Numbered from the whole stretch's first letter, positions 1 through 11,090 are shown. The stretch is 63,196 bases of DNA, filler included, from Octopus bimaculoides (GCF_001194135.2; 6 parts of 5 records of this genome joined end to end with filler, not necessarily neighbours in it); one strand, 5' to 3'. Notes: generated by a model from the sequence alone, not told the origin. A program made the numbers and translations.

Positions 1-667
1 GAGGGGAAGAGAGTGAGAGAGTAAGGGTGAGAGAGTAAGAGAGTGAGAGAGAGGGGAAGAGAGTGAGAGAGTAAGGGTGAGAGAGTAAGAGTGTAGAGAG
101 TAGGAGAGTAAGAGTGTAGAGAGTAAGAGTGAGAGAGGGGGGAGTACGAGAGAAGAGAGTAAGAGAGAGTAAGAGAGAGGAGAGAGAGCAGGAGGTGGGG
201 GAGGGGAGAGATGGGTGGTAGGAATGTTTAGGCTTTGGTTTGTTTTTAACAAGCAAGGGCCTATAGTTTTGTGGCGTCATTTTTCGAATTTATGTTGTTT
301 CCTCCCCAAAAGGCTATTCGCTACCTGATTTAGAGAAGATCTCTCTCTCTCTCTCTCTATCTATCTATTTGTCTGACTGTCTATTTGTATGTATGTCTGT
401 CCACCTATTGATTTGTCCATCTGTCTTCTATCTGGTGTCTGTACGCTCGTCTGCTTCTCTGTCTGTACGTCCGTCCGTCTGTCTGTTTGTCTATTCTGAA
501 AGACTAGAAGGAAAATGAGTCTCATTCCAAATGTACAGTAATCCCTGCAAAGTGAATTAGGTTTACTAAGCAAACGAAAACTCGACTATACAAATATTAG
601 AAAGATCAGCAGTTTAATTTAATGTAGTTGTAACTAAAGTCCTGCAGCAAACAAATGGATTAATAAT

Positions 668-872
668 CCTTTCTACTATAAGCATAAGGCTCGAAGTTTT
701 TTTGGGCGGGGGTCTAGTCGATTATACCCACTCCAGTACTTGACTGGTACTTAATTTATCGACCCCAAAAAGATGAAAGGAAAAGTCAATCTCGGCGAAA
801 TTTGAATTCAGAACGTAAAGACGGACGAAAATACCGCTAAGCGTTCAAACGATTCTGCCAGCTCGCAGTCAT
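668..872 (-). mobile_element. tRNA-derived SINE, family A (head AGGCGGCGAGCTGGCAG..., B-box GAGTTCAAATT)
   Basis: Reverse complement matches the other family-A copies; flanked by an 18-bp TSD AACAAATGG(A/C)TTAATAAT at 650-667 and 873-890. Confidence 0.9.
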
Positions 873-1059
873 AACAAATGGCTTAATAATATAAAGATAA
901 GAACACTGCAGATTTATCAAGTTTGCGCCAATAAAATTTTGGCCCCCTATATCGAAAATTTAATGTTTCAGTAGAAGGATTTGACGGAACGGAAGACTCC
1001 AAATAGTCTGCCTCATCATCTAAAAAATATTCATTAAATGCACATATGTGGAATATATT

Positions 1060-1278
1060 CTTTTCTACTTTAGGCACAGGGTTCGAAATTTTGGTGGGAG
1101 GGGGCCAGTCGATTAGATCGACCTCCTCCGTACGCAACTGGTACTTAATTTATCGACCTCGAAAGGATGAAAGGCAAAGTCGACCTCGGCGGAATTTGAA
1201 TTCAGAGCATAAAGACAGACGATATAACCGCTAAGCATTTCGCCCGGCGTTCTAACGTTTCTGCCAGCTCGCCGCCTT
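1060..1278 (-). mobile_element. SINE family A, full length
   Basis: Complete head-to-tail match to family A; 18-bp TSD ACATATGTGGA(A/G)TATATT at 1042-1059 and 1279-1296. Confidence 0.92.
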
Positions 1279-1709
1279 ACATATGTGGAGTATATTGAGT
1301 TTAGTTTTCTGTAACAGAATGAAAGACCACAGCATGGATGGATCTAGAAAGAACCAAATAGGCATATTTAAGGAATATAACCTGGAAACTGTCGCCAGTA
1401 CCAAATTAACTTACCAAATATTACCGTTGACCTGACTATAGGGAACAAGCATTCCTTCAGACAACTAAACAATGGCATTTTATATATAGTAAACCTCCAG
1501 ATATTGCAAAATGACTGAGTGAATATCTTAACTATCCTCTGATAGAATGATTTTCAACCAGGCTATCCTCTATTACAATCTAAACTATGAAGAAGCAACT
1601 TTAATATGAAAGTAATTTATAAGATTACTTATCTATGATATGCATTTCGAACGACCTATGTCACTTATTCGGTACAAATCGGTACAAACCTCGTATGTGT
1701 GTGTGTGTG

Positions 1710-1747
<38 letters not shown>

Positions 1748-3404
1748 TAAAGCAATAAGAAAATGGAGGGGATTAATAGGTGGTATTCATCAACTTACAG
1801 ACATTGTATTATGTCAATTTACTTGTTTATTTGTTTACTAAAAGGACAATAATTACAATATACAAACACATGTGGCATATTATGTAATATCAGTAATTAT
1901 AAAAATGACATATAGTGACAGAAAATGGGATAATATCTCAACTGTTTCAGTCCAGAAGTGACATGCCTCATTCTATCTTTATCACTCCAGTAGACTGGAG
2001 TAATTAACAGATGAAATAGAGGTACATGGATGATTCTCTAGGCCTCTTCAGAGATTTTATAAAGTTCATAAGGTTAAGTTAGAAATATAAAAATATAAAA
2101 ATCGTAAAACCCGTGAGTTATTCCGTTATTGTTTTGTTTATAGAATAGCTGGAATCTTACTCCATAAATAAAACAATAACGGAGTAACTCATCACAGGTT
2201 TCTAGAAGTTTGGATATTATTGTTAGAATTCTTACGAACTAATTGTATAAATTCCCCCATTCCAAACACAACTAATACGTACGTACCTCATAGGTTTTTG
2301 ATGTAAATATATATAGGTTTGGTATTCTTCCAGCTGTATATTAGATAGGTATTATCTCTTAGTGGGTTGGATTCACAACCCCTAACTTTCTTGGATATAT
2401 ATATATACCCGGATGTATATTAATAACACTGATTGATCACTTGATGATGGATGCTTCTGATCATTAAAATTCACTAACTGATTAGCCCCCAAAATTTATA
2501 AGTAAAAATATTGTGTTAAGAAGTTGCAGGAGATATCACAGAAAAGTATCGACTATCTAATAAACAAGCTTTAAGGAATAATTAGGGTCAAGACGTCTTC
2601 TGCTGGCTATCGAATTAGATGTTAAGATGAAAAGATAAATGGAGAGAAAGGGAAATGGAAAATAGGCAAACCAACAAATAGATAAAGATATAATATCAAT
2701 TAATAATTTTATTAAAATAAAAATCTATCCATTCTTATCGGGCCTATTTTTTAAAAAAATAAACTTTGTACTCATTTATAATCTTTCTCTCTCATCCCCC
2801 TCATTACTTGTATGTAATCCCTCTGTATTTATTTCATCAATTCATTTATCTATTTTTCTCATCTTCCTCCTTACCTTACATGTGTTTCACTTCCCCAGTT
2901 CTTTTATCTTTGAATCAATCATATCTTTGCTCTGTGTAATAAAGTATGTAGCATTGTGGATTGACAAAGAGTAATGATTAATTATCTGCCTCGATAGCTA
3001 TACAATGGTTGCAAGTTAGGTGTTTGATAATTTTTTTTGTAATCTTCCAGATAATATATCAAGTAGCGTTTAGCGTGTGATTTAATGCGTTTTTTAAATC
3101 CTGGTAAACACATAAAGAGTAACTTTTTTTAAATGCCACGTAGACAAACAATTGTTTCTCATTTAGGCCCAAAGCTAACAGTTTTTCGGGGAAGAGCTAT
3201 TAGTCTATTACATCGACCGCGTGTGCTTGCCTGGCACTTTGTTTTAGCGATGAAAGATAACGTTGATCTCTGCAGGATTTCAACTCAGAAACTAAAGTAC
3301 CTGAAAAAATACTGCAAGATATTTATGCATATATGTATACATCCATGTAATGTATGTATGCATGTATGTGCGTACGCATATACGTATGTAAGTATATCTA
3401 CCAA

Positions 3405-3642
3405 TTGAAGTCTTCTCTCCTAAGACCAAGGGAAGTCTTTGCTCGCAGATTCAAAGACCAACTGAAGTCTTCCCTATTTCAAACCGGCATCAGCCCTGAC
3501 ACTTGGGAAACCAAAGCCGCCGACTGTCCATCCTGGCGGAAAGCAGTTCATTTCGGCTGTTGCTTTTGAAGAAAGGAGAAAGACTGAAGAAGTAAAAAGA
3601 AGGCAACACAAAACTCAGCAACTTCAGCCAAGACCACCTCCC
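3405..3642 (+). pseudogene. RTE-clade LINE ORF2 C-terminal relic (left part)
   Basis: Translates to RFKDQLKSSL..GISPDTWETKAADCPSWRKAVH..EERRR..QPRPPP, typical of the RTE/BovB-like ORF2 end; frameshifted. Confidence 0.75.
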
Positions 3643-4177
3643 GCACGCGAAATTTTTTTCCCACGAGAGTTCCGGATCCCAGTTACGAACTCATTTGCAT
3701 AGAGCCAATCACTGCTCAACTATCAAACTAATTTATGAGCGCATAACAAGTGATAGGCGTTAAGATAAGCTCACTTGGGTAAGGAATGACCCTTCTACTT
3801 TTCACTTTTAATAATGCTTGTTTTTGTTCTTGCTTCAACCATGGCTGCCTCTCCGTAGTTATTTGTGCTGTTGTTTACTTTGTAAAACAGTAAGGGGAGA
3901 GGGTTGCTAGCATATCACTCTCTACCCACATTTTTCTCATCCACATATGGAGTCCTAACAAAATCCGATAATAGGCATAGATGCAAATCTATCTAATTAC
4001 TTGTCTCCTAAAATCAGGCATAACTTGGCGATCGGTCGACTTACAACACCGTTCTTCGTCTTGAGTTTACTTGGTAGAGTGTGTTTGCTAACTTGACAAG
4101 ATCAAGGTGAGCTCTTATTGGCTGTATGCAAATGAGCTCATTACTGGGGCCCGGAACTCTCGTGGGAAAAAAACTCT
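3643..4177. mobile_element. Non-autonomous DNA transposon (MITE-like) with 65-bp inverted arms
   Basis: 3653-3717 and 4109-4173 are reverse complements (56/65 identical, first 23 perfect); interrupts the RTE relic. Confidence 0.8.
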
Positions 4178-4245
4178 CACCCTGCTATGCGATCAGTGCT
4201 CGAGACTGTTTCATCCCCGATATGACCTTCTGAGCCATCTTGCAT
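4178..4245 (+). pseudogene. RTE-clade LINE ORF2 C-terminal relic (right part, CxxC...H motif)
   Basis: TLLCDQCSRLFHPRYDLLSHL continues the QPRPPP segment left of the insertion. Confidence 0.65.
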
Positions 4246-4304
4246 TCTATTTCTCTCTCTCTCACACACACAGGTATGTATGTGTAAATATATATATATA
4301 TATA

Positions 4305-4404
4305 NNNNNNNNNNNNNNNNNNNNNNNNNNNNNNNNNNNNNNNNNNNNTTAATTAATTAANNNNNNNNNNNNNNNNNNNNNNNNNNNNNNNNNNNNNNNN
4401 NNNN
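4305..4404. other. Assembly spacer N44-TTAATTAATTAA-N44 (six-frame stop linker); also at 19674-19685, 24134-24145, 56042-56053, 58329-58340
   Basis: Identical palindromic 12-mer embedded in N runs five times; it encodes stops in all six frames. Confidence 0.95.
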
Positions 4405-4463
<59 letters not shown>

Positions 4464-4961
4464 TAGAGAGAGAGAGAAAGAGAGAGAGAGATAGAGAGAG
4501 AGAGAGAAATAGGCAGAAAGAGTAAGACAGATAAGAGAGAGGGGAAGAAAAAGAGACAGCAACACAGAAATACTCAGAGAAATACACACACATATATAAG
4601 TGTGTGTGTGTGTATGTGTGTTTAGGTATGTATGTGTGTGTGTATATGTATGTATATATATGTCCGCCACTACATTCCTCCATGGCACAGGTTTAATTTG
4701 TGTATACAAATTTAATTTGNNNNNNNNNNTTGTTTTATATATATATATATATATATATGTATAAATGATACAGAATGGGACAAGGACGCAAAACATCCAG
4801 ACAGTCAGGTGATACAAGAACGGGACAAAACATACAGATAGACGATACAAAGAAAACAGACAGGTCATTCGGAGTTTTCTCTCTTCAGTCGAGATCCAGA
4901 TTATCCTTGCAATTTCGGCTGGTTATTCTCGATATTGTTCCAATCTGGCCAGCCACATCAT

Positions 4962-5120
4962 CATCATCATCATCATCATTTAATGTCTACTTTCCATGCT
5001 GGCATGGATTGGACAGTCTGACTGATTTGGCAAGGTTTCTACAGCTGGATGTCCTTCCTAACGCTAACCACTCTGAGAGTGTAGTAGGTGCTTTTTATGT
5101 GCCACTGGCATTGATGCTAG
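4962..5120 (-). mobile_element. RTE-tail repeat (family E), 3' part with (GAT)n tail
   Basis: Reverse complement of the GTTGGCGTTAGGAAGGGCATCCAGCTGTAGAAAC...CATGCCAGCATGGAAA..(GAT)n module also seen at 17034-17222. Confidence 0.8.
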
Positions 5121-5278
5121 TTAGGCAGCACTATATATATATATATATATATATATAGAAAGAGTGAGAGAAAGAGAAAGAGAGAGAGCAGGAGAAAGAG
5201 AAAGATAGGCAGAGAGAGACAAATAGAGAGAGGAGCGGAGGTGAAATCAATAGTTAATCTAGTGTATCTAATATAGAT

Positions 5279-5657
5279 AGGCGCAGGCATGACTGTGTGG
5301 TAAGAAACTTGCATCCCAAACACATGGTTCTAGGTTCAGTACCACTGCATGGCACCTTGGGTAAGTGCCTTCTACAATAACCTCAGGCCAACTAAAGCCT
5401 TCAGCAGATTTGGTAGATGGAAACTGAAAGAAGCCCATTGTATACGTATGTGTGTGTCTTTGTGTCTGTCCCACCATTGCCTGACAACCGGTGTTGGTGT
5501 ATTTATGTCCCCCATAACTTAGCAGTTCGGCAAAAGAGACTGATAGAATAAGTACCAGGCTCAAAGAAAAATAACAAGTCCTGGAGTCAACTCAGTCAAC
5601 TAAAAATTCTTCAAAGCAGTGCCCCAGCATGGCCACAGTCTAATGACTGAAACAAGA
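5279..5657 (+). mobile_element. tRNA-derived SINE, family B (head AGGCGCAGG.., internal TA/TG tract, tail GGTGCTCCAGCATGGCC)
   Basis: Full head, GGTTCAGT box, CCTTGGGCAAGTG module, central microsatellite and family tail. Confidence 0.9.
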
Positions 5658-5679
5658 TATCTATTTAAATAGATATGCA

Positions 5680-5890
5680 ATGGGTAGGAGTTCAAATCCC
5701 TACTGAAATAGTGGGTGTTTAACCCCAGGTCAGCCCTGATCAAGTAAACCTATGATCAAAGGCCATTCAGCTATCTCAGTCATGATCAACCTGTCTTTTT
5801 CATCTCCTTCCTATTTTAAGATGGTAGCATGTAATTTGAAGGAGATTTAGCTGCTATTTCTAGTAGCTTCAGCAACTGAATTCAAACTCC
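5680..5890 (+). mobile_element. Dispersed repeat family D (GGTCAGCCCTGATC...GATTTGGCTGCTATTTCTAGC); related pieces near 7720-7780, 9305-9400, 22495-22690, 23050-23110, 27995-28030
   Basis: Shared motifs among several loci in the window; class not determined. Confidence 0.6.
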
Positions 5891-5941
5891 CTTCCTCATT
5901 TGCTGTTTCATTGCATACCATCATAGGTCTATAGAAAATCC

Positions 5942-6489
5942 GGATCTTTTTTAAAACGGGGGCCACATTTTTCATTAATGTTTTACGTAGTGTTTTTGGT
6001 ACCGAAAGACTTTCAAACTTCGTATACTTATCTATTTTGTGTTATAGAACAGAAAAATATTTTTGTATTCGAATTTATTTCATGTAAAAAATTGTCTTAT
6101 TTCGATAATTTCAACCAATCACTGACGTCCATTCAGTCGATATACATTAAGTACCGACTACATAAACAAACGATTCTTCGTTTTATTTGCTTTTTTCATT
6201 TAAAATTTGCTTTAACCCTAACCCTAGGGTTAGGGTTAGGGTTAGGATTAATTGTTTCAGAATCGTTTGTTTATGTAGTCAGCACTTAATGTATATCGGC
6301 TGAATGGATGTCAGTGATTGGTTGAAATTACAGAAATACGACAACTTTAACATGGAATAATTTATGGATTTCTTTTTTTTTAAAGAAGACTAAGAGAAAA
6401 AGATGTTTTATATGACACATTCTACCAGTGTTCCAAGTTTCAAAGTGTTTCGTTAATGAAAAATGTGGCCCCCATTTTAAAAAAGATCC
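5942..6489. mobile_element. 548-bp foldback DNA transposon, GGATC...GATCC termini, 8-bp TSD, telomere-repeat centre (possibly Merlin-like)
   Basis: Near-perfect terminal and inner inverted arms; TSD GAAAATCC at 5934-5941 and 6490-6497. Confidence 0.9.
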
Positions 6490-6638
6490 GAAAATCCTCC
6501 CATGGGGTCCAGAGAAAGCAATGGAATCTATGTATACTTTCTGAGAATATCCCACAGTTGTTTCATCTGTGAGATTATCACATGACCAGATACACTCTGC
6601 CTATCACCACCACCATCAACACTAATACTACCACCACC

Positions 6639-7012
6639 TGTTTCAGTCATTAGAGTGTGGCCATGCTTGGGCTGCCAAAAAATCAGCCACAGTACGTATT
6701 TATTTTAAGCCTCGTACTTAAAATAAATATTGGTCTCTGCTGCCAAACTGTTAAGTTATGGGGATGTAAACACACCAACACTGGTTGTCAAGCAGTGATG
6801 GTGGTGGGGGCAACCACAGACACAAACATACACACACACACACACACATATATATAAGATGGGCTTCTTTCAGTTTCCACCTGCCAAATCTACACACAAG
6901 GCTTTGGATAGCCTGAAGCTATATTGGAAGACACTTGCCCAAGATGACATGCAGTGGGACTGAACCTGGAGCCATGTGGTTGGGAAACAAACTTACCATA
7001 CAACCATGCCCT
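6639..7012 (-). mobile_element. SINE family B
   Basis: Reverse complement of family B including the central (CA)n tract. Confidence 0.88.
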
Positions 7013-7289
7013 CCCATCCTAGGCCTTCTAACTAAGTGAAGAAACAAAACAGTTTATTCGGATTTTGTTGTATCTTGAGAGGTCATTGTACCAATAATAA
7101 ACACATGCGCTGGTTCTATTTCATATCTTTTATTACTTATAGTCAATTAATTAATCACTTAGCAAATTAACTAATCAGTTGTTTGATTAATCAATCAGCC
7201 AACTAGTTCAGATATGTGGTACATTGCTGTACTCAAGAAGACCCACCCACCAAACAGAATTGAGATCCTAAAACTAAGGTCCCAGGTAA

Positions 7290-7580
7290 AAAGCATTGAT
7301 GTGTTTGCTGGTGTCATGTAAAAAGCACTGGTGATGGTGCCACATAAAAAGCACCCAGTATACTTTGTGGAGTGGTTGGCATTAGGAAGGGCATCTGGCT
7401 GTAGAAACCAAGCCAAAATAGACTATGGAACTTGGTGTGACCTCTGGCCTTGCCAATTCCTGTCAAGCCGTCTAACCCATGCCAGCATGAGAAATGGACA
7501 TCAAATGTTGATGTTGGTGATGATGATGATGGTGACAATGATAATGATGATGACAATGATGATGATAGCGATGATGATGA
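7290..7580 (+). mobile_element. RTE-tail repeat (family E) with (GAT)n tail
   Basis: CTGGTG..TAAAAAGCA subrepeats, GTTGGCATTAGGAAGGGCATC core, GAT tail. Confidence 0.82.
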
Positions 7581-8336
7581 ATTGTATAGGAAATTAAAAT
7601 ATTTTGTGCATTGTAGAAGTATAACCAATGTACTGCACATAAATTTTAACAATAAAATCTCATATGGGTTTCCAAGGGTCATATGGACACTGGTTGAGGA
7701 TCACTGCTTTAGAGTATGATTTGAGAGAGATTTGGCTGTTATTGCTGGCAGACTGAGCTAACATAGAGGCTCCTTTGTGTATTTGCTCATGGGAATGTAC
7801 TAGGGATGATAATGCATGACCAGGAAATGACACCTAGTGTGGATGACAAGAGGAGGAGAATGGAGGGAGGGGTGCACAACAAAAGGTTGCCGGTTAACAA
7901 GGGGTGGGGTGGGGTGGGGGAAGAAACGTAGTTTTAGTCATTTAACATTAGAAGACAGGATGCACAGATAGAGCAAGGAATATTTTGGTAACAAATGTTA
8001 TTTCTTGGTAACTAGCTTCCATGTGGGAACAACTCTGATATCTGATAAATTCTAAGAGAGAGAGAGAAGAAGTAGAATGGAGGGGGAGAGAGAGAGAGAG
8101 TGGGATGCAGACAAGGAGAGAGAAGGGGAGGAAGAGACAAGAAAAAACAGAGGGAGAATGCAATGGAGGGAAAAAGAGAGAAAGAGAGGGTGTAATGGAG
8201 AGAAAAAGAGAGACAGGCAGACTGAGGAAAAGAGGGAGACTTCCTAAAGTTAAATTCTCACCATAAAAGAATCAGGTTTTGAAAAAAAGAAAAACAAACA
8301 TAATAAAAAGTTGGGAAAAAGGATAGAGAGAAAGAA

Positions 8337-8407
<71 letters not shown>

Positions 8408-8747
8408 AAGAGAGTTTGTGGGTGAGAACCAAGTTTATATCTTCTGTGACAAGTGCCAACTTTGATCCAAAGAGCTAAAGGCTACAATACCTTGTCAATT
8501 CAATGTCTGAACTTTCCAAAAATAGTATGAACCCCCCCCCCCCCNNNNNNNNNNNNNNNNNNNNNNNNNNNNNNNNNNNNNNNNNNNNNNNNNNNNNNNN
8601 NNNNNNNNNGGGGGGGGGGGAGAGAAGGGGAGAGATAGGTCTTTTTTTATAATAAATGGAAAAAGCCCAATATTGAAACCCAAACAAAAACTGTGGAACA
8701 ATTAAAACCTGATATTCTCCCTTTGGCATAGATGTTAGAGCTACATA

Positions 8748-9122
8748 ATAATAGTAGTAGTAGTAGTAGTAGAAATAGCAGCAACAGTAGTAATAGCAGT
8801 TGTGGTAGTCATAGTAGTAGTAGTAGTAGTAGTAGTAACAGTAGTAGCAGTAGTAGCAGTAGTAGTAGTAATAGCAGTGGTAGTAGTCACAGTAGCCGTA
8901 GTTGTTATATTAGTAGCAGCAGCAGCAGCAGCAGTAGTAGTTGCAGCAGCAGTAGTAGTTGCAGCAGCAGTAGTAGTTGCAGCAGTGGTAGTAATCATAG
9001 CAGTAGTAGTAGTAGTAGTAGTTGTAGCAGTGGTGGTAGTGGTGGTGATAGAAGTAGCAGTAGTGGTGGTAGTAGTAGTAGTTGTAGCAGTGGTGGTAGT
9101 GGTGGTGATAGTAGTAGCAGTA

Positions 9123-9174
<52 letters not shown>

Positions 9175-9244
9175 CAGTGGTGGTAGTGGTGGTGATAGTA
9201 GTAGCAGTAGTGGTGGTAGTAGTAGTAGTAGTAGTGGTAGTAGT
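8748..9244. repeat. Compound trinucleotide array (TAG/CAG/TGG)n
   Basis: About 500 bp of AGT/AGC/GGT units; source of the poly-S/T/V/L ORFs. Confidence 0.97.
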
Positions 9245-9670
9245 CGATGGAAGGGAGGGCAACTCCATACAGTAATCAGAAGCACACTCATAAAACTGAC
9301 AGCATATAACCCTAAGTCATTTCTCTTGCGCTGAGCAGACCTATGTATGGTCTTGTAATACCAAAGCCAATCTAGACATGACCAATGCACCATTTTTCAA
9401 AAAAAAATTTCTTTGTACTAGAACTCAATTGTCCAATATCCCCCTCCTTGTTTTAAATAGTAGTAGTAGTAGTAGTTTTAATAATAATTCCTTAATTACA
9501 TAGAGAAGCTTTAGATTGATGAGAGCAGAGGAAATATGAAAATTGCAGAGTTCATGCAATCTCCCAGGAGCCACATAGAGAAAGCACACCCAATCATCAT
9601 TATCCAACTCACCACCACCACCACCACCACCACCACCACCACTACCACTACCACTACCACCATCGTTGTT

Positions 9671-9860
9671 GGCTATGTGGGTAAGGAGCTCGCTTTGCAA
9701 CTACATACTTTCAGGTTCAGTCCCACTGATTGACACTCTGGGTAAATGTCTTCTACCATAACCCTTGGCAGACTAATAATGCCTTCTGAGTGAATTCAGT
9801 AGATGGAAACAGTGTGGAAGCCTACTCTGTGTGTGTACGTGTGTGTGTATATATATATAT
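9671..9860 (+). mobile_element. SINE family B, 5' half
   Basis: Head, GGTTCAGTCCCACTG and GGAAAC segments ending in a TG/TA tract. Confidence 0.75.
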
Positions 9861-10131
9861 ATTTAATCCTTTATATTGAACACTCAATATTTTATCTATT
9901 CAATAAGACATATTCCATATATTCAATAAGACATTCAATACTTTATTTCATTGTACCATCCATTTTATATTATATATTGTATATTCCATATTCTATATCC
10001 CACATTAATTTTACAAGAATATAAATAAAACATAAAAAACAGACAGAGTTGGAACTCTTTTAAACAAAATAATATATTCCTCTATACGCAATCATACAAA
10101 ACCCCTTTTTTTGTATTTATTTTTACTCACA

Positions 10132-10171
<40 letters not shown>

Positions 10172-10221
10172 TTTCTTTATGGTTTCAGCTTAGAGCTTTT
10201 ATCTGTTTCATTTATTAGACG

Positions 10222-10560
10222 GTGGCCATGCTGGGGCACTGCCTTGAAGAATTTTTAGTTGAATAAATTGACCCCAGTACATATTTTTTTTAAAGCAAGG
10301 TGCTTATTTTATTGAGCTCTTTTTGCCAAACTGCTAAGTTACAGGGATGTAAACAAATCATTACAGGTCTTCAAGCAGTGGTGGGGGCCAAACACAGACA
10401 CAAACACACACACACACCTGCACATATACAATAGGCTTCTTTCAGTTTCCATCAACCAAATCCACTCACAAAGCTTTGGTTTGCCCAAGGATATAGCAGA
10501 AGACACTTACCCAAGGGGCCACGCAGTAGGACTGAGCCTGAAACCATCTGGTGGTGGTTT
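10222..10560 (-). mobile_element. SINE family B
   Basis: Reverse complement from tail (GGCCATGCTGGGGCAC) to head. Confidence 0.85.
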
Positions 10561-10640
10561 GTTTATATACCTGTAGCTTAGTAATTTCAGCAAAAGAGAC
10601 TGGTAGAATAAATAACTGACTTTAAAAAAAAGTAAGTACA

Positions 10641-11090
10641 TAGGCACAGATGTAGTAAGAAGTTTGCATCTCACCCACATGGTTCTAGGTTCAATCCCAC
10701 TGCATGACACCTTGCACAAGTGTCTTCTGCTATAGCCTCAGTCTGATCAAAGATTTGTATGTGGATTTGGTTATGTGTATGTGTGTGTGTAACTGAACGG
10801 TTCAGCAAAAGAAACCAATAAAATAAGTACTGGGGGGTGGCGATTTGTTTGACTAAAATTCATGGCAGTGTCCCAGCATGGCCGCAGTCAAATGACTGAA
10901 AACAAATAAAAGAATTGGGGTCATTTCATTCAGCTAAAAATTCTTTGGAGGCGGTGCTCCAGCATGGCTGCAATCTATTGACTGAAACAAACAAAAGATG
11001 AAAAGAGTTGATTGGTTCAACGACTAAATCCTTGAAGACAAGTGCCCCAGCATGGCCACAATCCAATGACTGAAGCAAGCAAAACACAAG
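10641..11090 (+). mobile_element. SINE family B with three stacked 3' tail modules
   Basis: Head at 10641; the CCAGCATGGC..CA(A/G)TC..TGACTGAA tail occurs three times between about 10860 and 11085. Confidence 0.85.

Noticed and set aside
2359-2385. Small hairpin TTAG(T)GGGTTG/CAACCCCTAA as a Helitron 3' end
   Set aside because: No CTRR terminus at the expected distance.
6213-6246. Ancient telomere-telomere chromosome fusion site
   Set aside because: It is only a few repeats and lies at the centre of a TSD-flanked foldback transposon.
8531-8620. C-run, gap, G-run as a G-quadruplex or hairpin element
   Set aside because: Homopolymers at contig ends; adjacency and length cannot be verified.
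8732-9393. Long ORFs of 132-200 aa (poly-S, poly-T, poly-V, poly-L)
   Set aside because: They are translations of a trinucleotide array, open in several frames on both strands, with no splice or domain evidence.
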